IMG/VR virus record: IMGVR_UViG_3300010885_050982
Coordinates: 1-64,000 of that record
Source: a virus
Reading direction: 5' to 3' (one strand)
Length of the DNA stretch: 64,000 nucleotides
Every line of letters starts with the position of its first letter. Within the stretch, counting starts at the first letter, position 1. The position numbers and the translations under genes are program-made. The notes beneath the pieces are model-generated. The model worked only from the letters and a program-made list of their open reading frames with translations, ran no database searches and had not been told where the DNA came from. Of this stretch, positions 8,975-18,575 are shown one piece after another.

Positions 8975-11295
8975 TTATTGTTCCATCTGGTAGCAACCCC
9001 ACGATCGATATCCAAGTGCTTGACGACAACGGCCTGGCTGTTACCGGACTCGTTGCAGCGACGTTCCCAGCAATTTCCTATTCTATCGCCGGGCCGAATA
9101 CGACCGTGGCCGTGACGCTGACGGACTTGGGTTCATTGACAGCAGCCTATTCCAGCGGGGGCGTCAAAGAGAGATCTGGTGGTTACTATCGGTTCGACTT
9201 GCCAGCGGCGGCAGTGTCCACGGCTGGAACGAACGTGACGGTGTTTGGGGAGGCGACGGGCAAGCACGTTTTCAATTACATCGCGGTTTCGCCAGCGATC
9301 GGAGTGGCGGCGAGCGTTACCGGGTCTGTCGGATCAGTCGTCGGAAGCGTGGGGTCAGTTGCCGGAAGTGTAGGATCGATTTCTGGCGTGACGTTCCCTG
9401 CCAACTTTAGTCTGCTTTCAGTTGACGGCTCCGGTCGTGTGCTGCTTCAGCCTACTCAAGCGGGCGTGACGATTCCGACCGTAACGTCGGTCACAAATCA
9501 GTTAACTGCGGCTCAAGTGGCAACTGGTGTTTGGCAGGATGCCACGACTGGCGACTTTACCGTTGCAAGCTCAATCGGCAAGAGCTTGTACACTTCAGGA
9601 AACGCACCTGGCTCCACGAGTGGTCTTGCGTTGGTTGGGTCGAATGTTGGCACGGCAACAAGCGTTACCGGGTCCGTGGGCTCAGTTGTTGGGTCGGTGG
9701 GCTCAGTTGTCGGGTCCGTAGGCTCAATCAGCGGCGTCACATTCCCAGTCAACTTTAATTTGCTTTCAATCGATGGATCAGGCCGAGTTCTTCTTCAACC
9801 AACCCAGACGGGAGTCACGATTCCAAATGTGACGAACGTCACCACAGTAACAGGAAACGTCAATGGAAACGTCGCAGGATCAACAGGCAGTGTCACCGGA
9901 AATGTCAATGGGAACGTTGTTGGCTCTGCCGGGTCAGTTATCGGCTCAGTGGGATCAGTTGCAGGAAGTGTGGGGGCGGTCGCAGGCAATGTTACCGGAG
10001 ATGTCCAAGGCAAGGTCCTCGGAGGTGGATCAGGCACGATCACGGGGGATGGAGTCCGCGCATCAAGCGTATCTGGCGCGGTTGGGTCCGTTACAGGAGC
10101 GGTTGGGTCCGTTACAGGAGCAGTTGGTTCGGTTGCGGGAAACGTTTCGGGGGATGTCGGCGGAAAAGTATTGGGCAGCGGGTCAAGCATTATTGCAGGG
10201 GCTGGATGCCGAGCGGACAGCGTTACAGGCAGCGTTGGATCGGTTGTCGGAAGCGTTGGCAGCGTTGCCGGAGCCGTTGGCTCGATCAGCGGAGTAACCT
10301 TCCCAAGCAATTTTGGATCGTTCTCGATTGATTCGTTGGGTCGACTGTTGTTGCAACCAGCGCAACCATCTGTCGTCATTCCAACTGTGACCAACTTAAC
10401 GAACTCTGCGGTGAATGGTGATCTCACGGCGGCGATGAAGGCCAGCGTGACGACAGCCGCGACGGCAGCGACTCCTGTTGCGGCGTCGGTGACGGGAAGC
10501 GTCGGAAGTGTTGTTGGGTCTGTCGGGTCTGTCGTCGGCAGTGTCGGGTCAATTTCTGGAGTGACGTTCCCAAGCAATTTTGGATTGCTGGTTGTTTCGC
10601 CATCCGGAATCGTATCGGCGAACTCGACTCAACTTGGTGGAACGTCGGCGACCGGGATGTTGTCGGCGACGGGCGTCGGGTCCCCAGGATTCTTTGCCAA
10701 CATTCCAGCCGCGTCCGGCCCAACCCTGAACCAAATCGTTCAAGGGGTCTGGCAAGACACGACCGCAGGTGACTTCACCGTTCCGAACTCAGCCGGTGCT
10801 TACCTCAAATCGGCTGGTGGCGGAACAATTGTCGTCCAGAACAACATCTTGATAAACCAAGCGCAAGCGCAAGCTGCAATGATTCCATACCTGTTGCCAA
10901 TCGTGATCGGTGATACACTGGGATACGACTGGAATCTAGGGACGCTGACGGGGTGGAGCAAGATCGTGCTGACGGCAAAGAAAAATATCACGGACGCCGA
11001 CAGCGCGGCGGTGTTTCAGGTCGAGGCATTGTCGGCAGGTGGTGGTGGATTGCTTGTCTTGAACGGACAGTCTGCTTCCAACCCAACGCAAGGATCGATC
11101 ACGGTTGGGGACGCGACCGTTGGACTGATTACATTGGTGATCGCGGCGGCGGCGACGAATTTGTTGCCGCAAATGAATGGTCTTGGATCGTACTCTATCA
11201 GAGTCATTTACGGGACGTCTCCAGTCACGACGAGAACCCCAGTTATAAATCAATCGTTCTCCGTAACACGGACAGCGAACACAATCGTAGCGTAG
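8971..11295 (+). CDS. Gly/Ser/Val-repeat tail fibre or decoration protein
   Basis: ATGA overlap with LamG gene; many (V/S)GSV and GNV repeats; Ig-like N- and C-terminal segments. Confidence 0.7.
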   Translation: MIIVPSGSNPTIDIQVLDDNGLAVTGLVAATFPAISYSIAGPNTTVAVTLTDLGSLTAAYSSGGVKERSGGYYRFDLPAAAVSTAGTNVTVFGEATGKHVFNYIAVSPAIGVAASVTGSVGSVVGSVGSVAGSVGSISGVTFPANFSLLSVDGSGRVLLQPTQAGVTIPTVTSVTNQLTAAQVATGVWQDATTGDFTVASSIGKSLYTSGNAPGSTSGLALVGSNVGTATSVTGSVGSVVGSVGSVVGSVGSISGVTFPVNFNLLSIDGSGRVLLQPTQTGVTIPNVTNVTTVTGNVNGNVAGSTGSVTGNVNGNVVGSAGSVIGSVGSVAGSVGAVAGNVTGDVQGKVLGGGSGTITGDGVRASSVSGAVGSVTGAVGSVTGAVGSVAGNVSGDVGGKVLGSGSSIIAGAGCRADSVTGSVGSVVGSVGSVAGAVGSISGVTFPSNFGSFSIDSLGRLLLQPAQPSVVIPTVTNLTNSAVNGDLTAAMKASVTTAATAATPVAASVTGSVGSVVGSVGSVVGSVGSISGVTFPSNFGLLVVSPSGIVSANSTQLGGTSATGMLSATGVGSPGFFANIPAASGPTLNQIVQGVWQDTTAGDFTVPNSAGAYLKSAGGGTIVVQNNILINQAQAQAAMIPYLLPIVIGDTLGYDWNLGTLTGWSKIVLTAKKNITDADSAAVFQVEALSAGGGGLLVLNGQSASNPTQGSITVGDATVGLITLVIAAAATNLLPQMNGLGSYSIRVIYGTSPVTTRTPVINQSFSVTRTANTIVA
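9313..10590 (+). repeat. Four dispersed coding repeats SVTGSVGSVVGSVGSV..SVGSISGVTFP.NF
   Basis: Copies begin near 9313, 9661, 10219 and 10486; synonymous positions diverged. Confidence 0.8.
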
Positions 11296-11304
11296 GAAGA
11301 ATTC

Positions 11305-11583
11305 ATGCAACTCACGGGACCGTGTATCGTAAATCAAGCGACAGTCGGGGTCACCGCAGTACAACTGAGGTCGTCTCTATATCCATGCATGACAGGTGTT
11401 ACAGTCAAGGCGTCTGCCGCAAACACGGGAAAAATCTATGTCGGACTGTCGTCTGGTGTAACCACTGCGAACGGGTTTCAGTTGAGTGCGAATCAATCGC
11501 AACTCTTCCCAGTGTCAGATGCGTCCGCCGTTTGGGTGATCGCGGACGCCGCCAGTCAAGTCGCGTGTTTCGCCGTAGGATAA
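11305..11583 (+). CDS. Small virion-associated beta protein
   Basis: GVTVKA..ANTG.IYVG....VT..NGF.L motif seen in phage structural proteins. Confidence 0.6.
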   Translation: MQLTGPCIVNQATVGVTAVQLRSSLYPCMTGVTVKASAANTGKIYVGLSSGVTTANGFQLSANQSQLFPVSDASAVWVIADAASQVACFAVG

Positions 11584-11914
11584 AGACTTTTTTCCGAAAA
11601 TCGTTGCAATTCACGGAACTATTGGTAATTTGATTGACAAGGATGTTGATTTGAGCACTCGACCTGAGCGAGCCGAACGCCGCCAAAGCGGAAGTCTGCT
11701 ACCGGAAAAAGACCGCGAGCAAGCCAACGTGAAAGCGATTTGCGATCTTCACAGAGACTTGGATGCCGTGCTGAAGGCATGTCTCACGGAAGATTGGCAC
11801 GGACGTATCGAGGCCGAGATTCAGATCAACTCCGGTGGGATTTTGAGATTCGAGGTCGGCCCGATTCGACTCCGAAAAACATGACGTTTTACCAATGGCA
11901 AGGGACTGCAAAGT

Positions 11915-12904
11915 ATGTACATCGATCGCCGTACAGAAATTTTGAACGCACTGAATGAAGCAACGCGAATCATGGACAACTGGATCAAAGGTCGCCAGAA
12001 AGGTGATTCGAGTATCCTCCCAGATTACGTTGTCGCTGCTCTGAAGAATGCGATCGTCGTTTGCGATGGTGACGTTCCGCGCGAATGTCGCGAAGTTTGC
12101 ATGCAAGCCCAGATTCTTGGTGAAGAGTTGCGGGCTTACTTAATCCAAAGTGAAGGGAAAGTTAACCCGAACGGTTCTCCGGTCGGGTCGTTCTGGAGTC
12201 CGATCTCGAAAATCGTTGACCTGTGCTCGAAATGTGAAACTCCGTACGTCGAGCAACTGGAGAGTGTGAAAACGCTGGTTGAGCAGAAAGTCAGTCCCGA
12301 TCAAATCGCGTTTTGCATTTACGGGACCCGAAGTGCGAACGGTGGGTACATTGGACCTTTCGTAACTCCGCATGGAACGGCGGACGTCGGTAAAATCAAT
12401 CGCGCGGCGAAGTCAGAAGAGGACCAAGAAGCCGTGCTCGGGAAAGATTGGTATCCACCTTGGAAATCGAATCCGTTTGAGCAGCGTCGCAAAGATGCCG
12501 CCGCGCGGGTCGAAGCTTACCGAAAACTGGAAGAGGGGCCAAAGCGAGTCACGGACCCAGCAACCGTCGAAGAACTCTTGAATGACGGTGCTTACGTTCA
12601 ACAAATCGAAAAAGCGAAGGGCGTGAGTCGTGCGGAAATTCTGGCAGTAGCCGATCGAATAGGAATCCCAGCTATTGATCAGCCAGGCTGGGTGAACAAA
12701 ACCCCGGCCAAGACGGTTCCCAAGACGCCAGAGGACGCCGAGAGATTGAAGTCGGCGATCGTACAGCACATGACCTCGAACCCTGACGACGGATCTGCCG
12801 AAGCGGTGGCCAGCCTCAAAGAGCAGGGGATTGAGACAACCAGCCAGCAAGTCGCCGCGATCTGGAAGGCGCACAAAGATCGGCAGGGTAAGCAGCAGAC
12901 GTGA
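11915..12904 (+). CDS. Hypothetical protein
   Basis: 329-aa ORF with AAGGGA SD; possible HTH-like segments near C-terminus. Confidence 0.7.
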   Translation: MYIDRRTEILNALNEATRIMDNWIKGRQKGDSSILPDYVVAALKNAIVVCDGDVPRECREVCMQAQILGEELRAYLIQSEGKVNPNGSPVGSFWSPISKIVDLCSKCETPYVEQLESVKTLVEQKVSPDQIAFCIYGTRSANGGYIGPFVTPHGTADVGKINRAAKSEEDQEAVLGKDWYPPWKSNPFEQRRKDAAARVEAYRKLEEGPKRVTDPATVEELLNDGAYVQQIEKAKGVSRAEILAVADRIGIPAIDQPGWVNKTPAKTVPKTPEDAERLKSAIVQHMTSNPDDGSAEAVASLKEQGIETTSQQVAAIWKAHKDRQGKQQT

Positions 12905-13633
12905 ACGTCGCAAATCGTTGTCATTGACTTGCCCGCTGCTGTTCCGCTTCTCAGGCTTCAAGAAATCCATGAAAGAATAAACCTCGACAGGTCGCGTTGA
13001 CTTGCCGAGGTTTACCAAGTTCAGAAACCGAGAGAGTGTTGACGCACTCTTGCAGACCAAGGGAGGCATGAGATGTGGCAGCGACCGTCCGGCAGGAGGT
13101 ATTGATCGTCGCGTTGATCTTGGATGCGGTCATGGTGCCTGCGACCATGACTGCCGTTATTCTTGCAGATTGGTGTCGAAAATCAATCGCGGTTCTGTCG
13201 CTCCGGGCTTTTTTGTGGTAATTCCGCGTCATCCAGACTCAGCCGTGAAAGTCAGTAGTGAACTATCAGCATATCGAAATTGTGGATCAGCAAACAGTTC
13301 GCCAAAAGCCCGAAAGTGGAATTATCGACTCGTTGTGCGAGGCGGCGATCTTTGCATTAGAGCGACGATCTGCGATTCAGTTTTACCCAGATCGATGGGA
13401 CGACCCAGTCGCGATCTCAGCATTCGACATTGTTTGTAGTATCCAAGGATTCACTCCAAGGGCGATCGGTACTTCTGAAGAAGTGCCGCTAATTCCGCCT
13501 TCCCCTCCGTGGGCAAACAGTATGCCTCTTCAATCCATCTGTAATGCGGATTGATCGCAAGAGCCGGATGGAGCCGAGAAACAAATCCATTGCGAGGCCC
13601 GTGGAGAAATCTTCACGGGTCTCGTTTTTTATG

Positions 13634-13660
13634 TGATCCAAATGGCGGGATTGTTCGTTA
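13634..13660 (+). promoter_or_regulatory. TGATCC-N16-CGTTA promoter motif upstream of small terminase
   Basis: TGATCC aaatggcgggattgtt CGTTA, intergenic. Confidence 0.6.
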
Positions 13661-13714
13661 TGGATTTTGGTTGATAGGAAGAGCAAGCGACAAACTAAAT
13701 TGTCGCAAGTCAGT

Positions 13715-13743
13715 TTGACATATCTCGAAAGCAAGTGTAATCT
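13715..13743 (+). promoter_or_regulatory. Sigma70-type promoter
   Basis: TTGACA-N17-TAATCT; preceded by inverted repeat GCGACAA-N6-TTGTCGC. Confidence 0.6.
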
Positions 13744-13805
13744 AAATAACACGTTCCGACAAATCGGATTGATGACACACAATTGACGTATGGAAACTGA
13801 CAATT

Positions 13806-14405
13806 ATGACACGGAAAGATCCGCAGAGAAACGCAAAGCCGCCAGCAGGCCCGTGGGAGCCATCGGCCCGGTTCCTGTTGTGGTATCGCCTGTATTCTGA
13901 GGACCTGAAGACGTTGCAGGAGATTGCCGAAGCATGTAAGCCGCAGGTTACGCGGCAGTCGGTGTGGAGTGCGATCCAAAAGACTGAGGAGTGGATTCGC
14001 GCTCAGGAATACGATCGAATCCAGCAGTTCAAGGTGCGGCACACAAGGACACTGGAGAAGATCGCGTCGATCGGAATGGCGAAGTTTTACGAGACCCAGG
14101 TCAAAAAGACTGTGACCGAGTCGGATGGCCAAGGGGAGGATGCCGACAAGACGTCCAGGGTCGTGAAGACTGAGGAAATTACGAGCGACGTGCAATGGCT
14201 GGATAGGGTGATGAAGGCCCAGTACGAGATCCGCAAGATCTGGGGAGCGGACGCCCCGACCAAAATGGAGATCGAAACGACCCATGCCGAGGAAATCCCC
14301 GAGTTGCCATGCTCGCAAGATTTCACCAGCCGGGCGGATTATTTGCGGGCGGCGGCGGAAGCGATCAAGGCTGTTGCCGATGCGTCGGATGGAAAAGGGA
14401 AGTGA
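13806..14405 (+). CDS. terS: Terminase small subunit-like protein
   Basis: N-terminal HTH (TLQEIAEA...VTRQSVW); C-terminal IRKIWGADAPTK (R.KLLGLDAP.K-like). Confidence 0.65.
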   Translation: MTRKDPQRNAKPPAGPWEPSARFLLWYRLYSEDLKTLQEIAEACKPQVTRQSVWSAIQKTEEWIRAQEYDRIQQFKVRHTRTLEKIASIGMAKFYETQVKKTVTESDGQGEDADKTSRVVKTEEITSDVQWLDRVMKAQYEIRKIWGADAPTKMEIETTHAEEIPELPCSQDFTSRADYLRAAAEAIKAVADASDGKGK

Positions 14406-14749
14406 TGCGACTGAGACAGGCAAGGAAGATCATGCGTAACCCGAGGTTTGTCCATGTCGGAAAGATGCTGGAAGTGGCGTTCGATCGTTGGTCGAGGTGG
14501 TTGCGGCGACGAAAGCGTAAGTGAGATTTGAGGTGAGGAAGCTGAGCAAGTCAGCATCGTTTTGAAAAAAGTTTCCACGTGCGAAATCTTCTCTTGCTTG
14601 TCGGTGTGCCGCACGTTTCTGCTCGCTTAACACCGGCGAAGGAACTGCTTTTGCGTCGATTTCTTCGATGGTCATGGGGCTTTCATTCCTTGCGTGAGGG
14701 TGAGAAAAAAGCGGGGTGGCAGTCCCCCGCGTTGGTCTGGTCGGGTTGA

Positions 14750-15250
14750 TTACTTCCAATAATTCCATGCCATCTGGAGGGCGACGTCATAAACGTAACC
14801 CAACTGAAAGCTCCCCGTTAGAACATCGGAATCAATCCCGAACGTTGCGCGAATGTCTATCCCAGTGTCACCAGCCCAAGAATTGATGGCATTGCCTGAA
14901 AAGTCGTAGGCGACTGTGGTTCTGTTTCCGACCGCGCGAACGTTTACGCGACCGGACGTGACGGAGTTGACAACGTGAACGGCTTGATGAAATACGTGGT
15001 CAGGATCTCGAAACACGACGATCGGCGAGTTCGCATCCTGCTCGATTCGCTCCAGCCTTTGCTGGATTCGACCCAAGTCGGCAATCAGGCCAAATGGATG
15101 TTGTTGAGACAAGCCGACAGGCAGCAGCTTTTCTCGGATTTTGCGAGCTACAAGAACAGCTCGCTCGTGCGCAAGAATCGCATCGTCGGCATCTGCGGAC
15201 AGCTTGCCTGCCGCGATGGCCAGTTGTTGGATTTGCTCTGAGAGATTCAT
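14750..15250 (-). CDS. Hypothetical protein
   Basis: Long ORF; probable start MNLSEQ; downstream of the minus-strand TGATCC promoter. Confidence 0.5.
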   Translation of the reverse strand: MNLSEQIQQLAIAAGKLSADADDAILAHERAVLVARKIREKLLPVGLSQQHPFGLIADLGRIQQRLERIEQDANSPIVVFRDPDHVFHQAVHVVNSVTSGRVNVRAVGNRTTVAYDFSGNAINSWAGDTGIDIRATFGIDSDVLTGSFQLGYVYDVALQMAWNYWK

Positions 15251-15458
15251 TGGAAGTTTTCTGTCTCGCGTGCTTTCCATGTTGAGCCGTGAAAAGAGTG
15301 TTCGCAACGTCATTACCGCACACAGACGGCGCGAACACTCCGCTACATAAAGTCTTGCGTCACTATGGAAGAATCATGATGCATCTCCGTTTGAGTGCGA
15401 AGATCCTGATCATTGCCTTGCGCGTAATCAGGGGCCAGCGAAACGTTCGACGCATTTA

Positions 15459-15520
15459 CAACGTGGAAAGTTTTGATTTGGATCACAAAATTTTGATCCA
15501 TGTGAAAAGTTCTTGCGTTG
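15459..15520. promoter_or_regulatory. Back-to-back TGATCC-N16-CGTTG promoters (15459-15485 minus; 15494-15520 plus)
   Basis: Both copies have exact 16-nt spacing and lie between divergent genes. Confidence 0.7.
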
Positions 15521-15572
15521 TAGGTGTCAGTATTCCGGTGTTTGACAGGTAGCGTACGAGAGAGGACTTTCC

Positions 15573-15962
15573 ATGAAGCGAGACGAAGCGAAACGGGTGG
15601 TTGAAAATTTTGAGTTCGTTAAAGCGTTTGCGGATGGCAAACGGGTTCAGCATAAGAACGACTACGATACTTGGGAAGATGGGTCCTCTCTTACGTTCAC
15701 GGATGATCCCGAGAGATACCGCATCGTCGAGCCGAAGATGCGACCGTACAACGACGAGGAGGCGGTGAAGCTAGCCGCGCATCATCCATTGCCAATGTTT
15801 CAGCACGTGGACGGCGGAGTGTTCTCGCTGACAGGATATGAATCGGCGCATTTTTACATACGAAACGGTTTGTATAGCGCGGCCCGCTTTTTGGACTCGT
15901 TTACGCACTACCCTAGCGGCGAACCATGCGGCGTAGCCGAAAGACCAGAACAGTGTCTCTGA
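15573..15962 (+). CDS. Phage hypothetical protein (paralog of 24871-25269)
   Basis: GAGGA SD; shared AFADGK.VQ....W......F...PE.YRI motif. Confidence 0.7.
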   Translation: MKRDEAKRVVENFEFVKAFADGKRVQHKNDYDTWEDGSSLTFTDDPERYRIVEPKMRPYNDEEAVKLAAHHPLPMFQHVDGGVFSLTGYESAHFYIRNGLYSAARFLDSFTHYPSGEPCGVAERPEQCL

Positions 15963-15982
15963 TTTTCTAAGGCTTAGAAAAT
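15962..15982. promoter_or_regulatory. Palindrome ATTTTCTAAG-G-CTTAGAAAAT (copy 2)
   Basis: Perfect arms; overlaps the stop codon of the upstream gene. Confidence 0.65.
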
Positions 15983-16085
15983 GGGCTTTGACCTTGCGAC
16001 TTTACCTTGACGGCAATTCTCAGCAGAATGTGAGCGTGCTATGTGGTTTATTGATGCGTGCAAGAGAGTCGCAGGAGTCGATGTC

Positions 16086-16553
16086 ATGGAAGACGAGGCG
16101 GTCAGGGTCAGGTGGATGATTCGGCGCGACATGCCGGAGGTTATGGAGATCGAGAAAGGCAGTTTCGAATTCTGCTGGACGGAGGAAGATTTCTTTTGTT
16201 GCTTGCGGCAAAGAAATTGCGTCGGAATGGTGGCGGAGCATAATGAAAATATTGTCGGTTTCATGGTTTACGAGTTGCTGAAGTCGCGACTTCATGTACT
16301 GAACTTGGCCGTGGCCCCCTGGTGTCGACGTCAGGGTGTGGGAGCGCAGATGATTGAGCGACTGGTCAATAAGTTGACGCAGCAGAGTCGACAGGAAATC
16401 ACGCTCGAAGTTCGGGAAACGAACCTCGCCGCCCAGCTCTTTTTCAAGCAGCAGGGGTTCACCGCCAAGTCTGTTATTCAGGATCACTACGAGGACACGG
16501 AAGAAGACGCCTACGTCATGTCACTGGAGATTTGGACGCATAAGGAGTTTTGA
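16086..16553 (+). CDS. rimI: RimI-like ribosomal-protein-alanine N-acetyltransferase (GNAT)
   Basis: RWMIRRDMPEV..IE..SF..W; LHVLNLAV.P..RRQGVG; LEVRETN..AQ.F....GF; Y.DT.EDAY.M. Confidence 0.9.
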   Translation: MEDEAVRVRWMIRRDMPEVMEIEKGSFEFCWTEEDFFCCLRQRNCVGMVAEHNENIVGFMVYELLKSRLHVLNLAVAPWCRRQGVGAQMIERLVNKLTQQSRQEITLEVRETNLAAQLFFKQQGFTAKSVIQDHYEDTEEDAYVMSLEIWTHKEF

Positions 16554-16909
16554 TTATGAGGTTTTGCTATTCGATGAACGGCGAGAGTTTTACGGGTGCT
16601 TTCAAAACGTGTGAGGAAGCGAAAGCCGAGGGCCATGCGATAGCGTTGGAGTGTGGACGCGATTCGTTCTGGGTCGGTGAATCGGCGTCACCTCCTCCTC
16701 CAGAGCATTCATGGTATGCCGACGAATGGCTTGAATACCTCAGCGAGTGGACTGAGGACGAGGATTGGGACAAGTCGACGAAAGAGCAACGCGAGGAACT
16801 TGAATCAGAAGTTCGCGCTTTAATGTCCAAGTGGCTCGACAAGTACGACCTGCGACCGAAGTTCTTCGTCGTTGAGAATGTGGTACAGATCAAGCAATCT
16901 CGGGACTAG
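16550..16909 (+). CDS. Phage hypothetical acidic protein
   Basis: AAGGAG SD; 119-aa ORF. Confidence 0.6.
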   Translation: MIMRFCYSMNGESFTGAFKTCEEAKAEGHAIALECGRDSFWVGESASPPPPEHSWYADEWLEYLSEWTEDEDWDKSTKEQREELESEVRALMSKWLDKYDLRPKFFVVENVVQIKQSRD

Positions 16910-17154
16910 CGAAAGGTAACAAAGTGACGGAATCAAAGCTTTCGTGCGTGTGTGGCAGTAAATTGTTTTGGCGCTCACGTCGCGTCAATGGATGGTTGAA
17001 AGAGTTAATCGACGAAAATCAACACGTCGTTGAAGACACGGATTTGTCGAACGTTCGGCATGGGCCAAATCCCAAGGCGGTGGTTTGCGCGCAATGTTCG
17101 CTGGTGCATAGTGTCATTACCGTGCCAACATCAGCAAAATAAGGGGTTCTCGAC

Positions 17155-17979
17155 ATGGATCGGAAGTTGACCGCGACCCTGCCGCTGAAGTGGCATGGTG
17201 GCAAGCAATACCTGGCCGACAGGATCATCGAATTGATGCCTCGGCACGTTCATTACGTCGAACCATATTTCGGCGGTGGCGCTGTGCTTTTCAATAAGCC
17301 GATGAATCTTGTCGAAGGACATTCGGAAGTCGTAAACGACGCCTATCCTGAGCTTGTGACGTTCTGGAAAGTTCTCCAGTCGCCTGTATGGTTCCCAGAG
17401 TTTCAACGACGGATGTCGATGACTCCGATGAGCAAGCAGGCTTTTGAAGATTCGCTGACGTCGGAAGCCCAAGATCCGTTGAACATCGCCTGCAATTTTT
17501 TCATCCGATACCGCCAGTCCCGACAGGGTCTCGGAAAAGATTTCGCGACGATGTCCAGGGCACGGACGCGGCGCGGAATGAACGAGCAGCTTTCGTCGTG
17601 GCTGTCTGCCGTAGATGGGTTACCGGAAGCCCACAAACGACTGATTCGAGTTGTCATCTTCAATGAAGATGCGGCAGGCGTGATTGAGCGGGAGGACGGG
17701 GCGGATACGTTCTTCTACGTCGATCCTCCTTATATGGCAGAAACGAGAGTCGCGAAGTCGGCGTACGAGCATGAGATGTCGCGCGAGCAGCATGCGAATC
17801 TGCTTGTCGCACTCGGTACGGCCACTGGAAAATTTATCCTGAGTGGATACAAGAGCGAACTGTATTTGGTTGCCGAGAAGCGTTATGGTTGGCAGCGAGT
17901 CGATATCGAGATCGACAACAAGGCAAGCTCGAAAAAAGTTAAGCCGATCAAGACCGAGTGTTTGTGGATGAATTATTGA
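17155..17979 (+). CDS. dam: DNA adenine methyltransferase (Dam/D12 class)
   Basis: PLKWHGGK, YVEPYFGGG, EVVND and FYVDPPY motifs. Confidence 0.92.
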   Translation: MDRKLTATLPLKWHGGKQYLADRIIELMPRHVHYVEPYFGGGAVLFNKPMNLVEGHSEVVNDAYPELVTFWKVLQSPVWFPEFQRRMSMTPMSKQAFEDSLTSEAQDPLNIACNFFIRYRQSRQGLGKDFATMSRARTRRGMNEQLSSWLSAVDGLPEAHKRLIRVVIFNEDAAGVIEREDGADTFFYVDPPYMAETRVAKSAYEHEMSREQHANLLVALGTATGKFILSGYKSELYLVAEKRYGWQRVDIEIDNKASSKKVKPIKTECLWMNY

Positions 17980-17990
17980 CCAAGGAGTGA

Positions 17991-18515
17991 GTGATGCTGG
18001 AAAATGTGATCTGTTTCGTTGTTGGAATGCTTGTTTCCGCCGTGATGATTCATGGTTACCAGAGGCACAAGCAGCGAGAGATCGAATCTTGGCTAAGCCA
18101 AGTGAAAGCGGATCGCCTAACGGCAGTCGAAAGTCTTTGTAAAAGACGGGCAACTATTGAGAGCGCTTTCGGTGACAGTGGCGAGAAGCTGAAACCCGGT
18201 GGCGAGAAGCTTGAACCGGGAGATAGGGTTGTCGTGACTCAAAAGACTCTGATTTATGGAGTCAGGGTTGGTGACGTCGGTGTCGTGATCGAAACGGAAA
18301 ACAAACTGCTTGCAACGGTCGAGTTTTCGTGGGGTCCGGCCATCATTCCGATCGTAAAGCTCGCCAAAGCGAAAGCCAGCGTCCCGAAACCAGAAGATGG
18401 GGTCGACGGTGGCAGCGGGCATTCAAGCATCGCAGTCGTCACCTCAGTCAGCCTCGGCGCGGACGGTCTGATAGTCACTTACGGCCAAGCGCGAGCCGCC
18501 GAAGTTCTGTCGTGA
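17991..18515 (+). CDS. Membrane-anchored hypothetical protein with SH3/KOW-like domain
   Basis: N-terminal TM; PGDRVVV...GDVGVV; 21-bp tandem GEKLKPG/GEKLEPG at 18180-18221. Confidence 0.55.
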   Translation: MMLENVICFVVGMLVSAVMIHGYQRHKQREIESWLSQVKADRLTAVESLCKRRATIESAFGDSGEKLKPGGEKLEPGDRVVVTQKTLIYGVRVGDVGVVIETENKLLATVEFSWGPAIIPIVKLAKAKASVPKPEDGVDGGSGHSSIAVVTSVSLGADGLIVTYGQARAAEVLS

Positions 18516-18575
18516 CAATCATCGTAAAGATGTTATCCTGAAGTGGAATTGACATGACGTCTATTCCACAAAGGA

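Noticed and set aside
9313-10590. Repeated blocks as DGR template/variable repeats
   Set aside because: Differences are mostly synonymous rather than adenine-specific, and no reverse transcriptase is seen
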